Source: Balanoglossus misakiensis (taxonomy: Eukaryota > Animalia > Hemichordata). Taken from it: 64,000 nt of DNA. The translations under genes and the position numbers were made by a program. Under the pieces are notes generated by a model that saw nothing but the letters and a program-made list of their open reading frames with translations, did no database searches and was not told the DNA's origin. Shown here one piece after another: positions 62,762-64,000 of this stretch; position 1 is the stretch's first letter, and each line of letters starts with the position of its first letter. The stretch is from positions 62,001-126,000 of the forward strand of contig CM082588.2 in NCBI GenBank assembly GCA_040954595.2, read 5' to 3'.

Positions 62762-64000
62762 CTATTTCATAACGAGCTTTCTGAGTCTGTCAATTTCTAC
62801 TTGCATTGTCATCCTCTGTTTCTTTTCCTCATCAATTTCGCTCATAAGCGTGGTCATTTCTGACTTGAACTCTTTCCGGATGGTGTCAATGCTCTCCCGC
62901 AAACTCTTGATTTCTGCTTTAAGATCCAGCACTAACTCTGAGTCCACACTAGCATTCTCAGGAATGCTATTTTGCCGAGCTGTATGAGTTGAGTGTGGTC
63001 GACTATCTGGTCTGGAAGGCTTTTTCTTATCCTCTGGTGTTGCATGCTGAAAATACAAGACGTAAAAGTCACCAACAAAGCAAATTGTGAACAGAGGGTT
63101 TTCTTTCTTCAAAAGAACAAACATAAGATTAGAGGACCCATTGCTTGTAGAGTACCCTTGAGGGACAAATGTGTAAAAGGTGTGTGTGTGTGTATGTGTC
63201 AAATGGAGTGAGGATATCCCAAAACATGAATGGTACACCAGCTGGTCTGAAAAGAGCTGCGGAATGGGGTTTTTTACTTGACAATGCAAAACATGATGAT
63301 GATGACACCAAACTTACATGTGTGTGATGATCGTTCATCAGAGTATCCGGAATGGGTGGTCGTTTCGGCACTGATTTCTTGTCAGGGTGCCAGGGTATTT
63401 GGTCATCGTCAGTTGGGCTCTGCATGTCATGGTGGAATGAGATGAGATGAGACTGACATGAATAACACGGCTGTGAATCAACAATGTTCCCTGACTGCCA
63501 CACTGAAAAGCTTGTGAGGGACTTGAAACAGAACTGGCCTTTGCAATGACCTCCACATCCTGGCACATGTATTAATGTTGGAAGCATGATTTTCATGACA
63601 CAACTTTACATATGACACGTCCAATTGAAATGTAGTGGTAATTGATGACAGTGGTGTCATTGCATGGAAGGAAAAAATAGTTGGATGTTCTTACCCCGTC
63701 TGCTTTCTTGACGTGAATTGACGGCGGTCTTCTGCCGGGGTTGTTTGCTCTGAATTTTGTTAAATGTGTCAGCTTGTCTGGTGAGGCCTCTACGCTGTCA
63801 AAGTCTTCTGAAAAAAAATTATACACATTGTAAGTTAGTATTTCATCTATATCTGTATGAATATCTGGTCTGACTGTCAGTCAGTCTGCTTGTCTCAGTC
63901 TCTCTCTCTGTCTCTCTCTCTATCCTTCTCTATATCCACCCTCAATCCCTCTCCCTTGCCCCCTCCCCCACTCTCAATGCCCCTTACCTGGCTCAAGTGC
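62762..64000 (-). CDS. CD2AP/SH3KBP1 (CIN85/Cindr)-family adaptor, 3' exons 63988-64000 (partial), 63695-63807, 63318-63419, 62762-63046
   Basis: CPI motif DFDSVEASPDKLTHLTKFRANNPGRRPPS and C-terminal coiled coil LKAEIKSLRE...EIDEEKKQRMTMQVEIDRLRKLVMK*. Splice phases are consistent. Confidence 0.85.

Overview
This is AT-rich, intron-containing animal genomic DNA, probably from a marine invertebrate (inference). It is not prokaryotic: I found no CRISPR array, rRNA, tRNA or autonomous transposon. Four protein-coding genes lie in tandem on the minus strand. (1) The first two coding exons of an atypical Gyc88E-type soluble guanylate cyclase (81-2773), continuing off the left edge. (2) A complete outer-arm axonemal dynein heavy chain of the DNAH5/DNAH8 family (7393-56441). 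I traced 73 GT-AG exons by hand, totalling 13,914 nt (about 4,637 aa), in one continuous frame. (3) A 3-exon TIMM13 (58702-59750). (4) The 3' end of a CD2AP/SH3KBP1 (CIN85/Cindr) adaptor (62762-64000). The most interesting signal is in the four oversized dynein introns. They hold frame-preserving candidate microexons and cassette exons (3-102 nt). One 54-nt candidate re-encodes the end of the preceding exon (LLKYK[E/D]DIE) with almost only synonymous changes. There are also several candidate alternative first exons, multiple RFX X-boxes, a perfect 36-bp intronic hairpin and a candidate zero-length splice site. All alternative-exon calls are sequence-based predictions that need RNA-seq confirmation.
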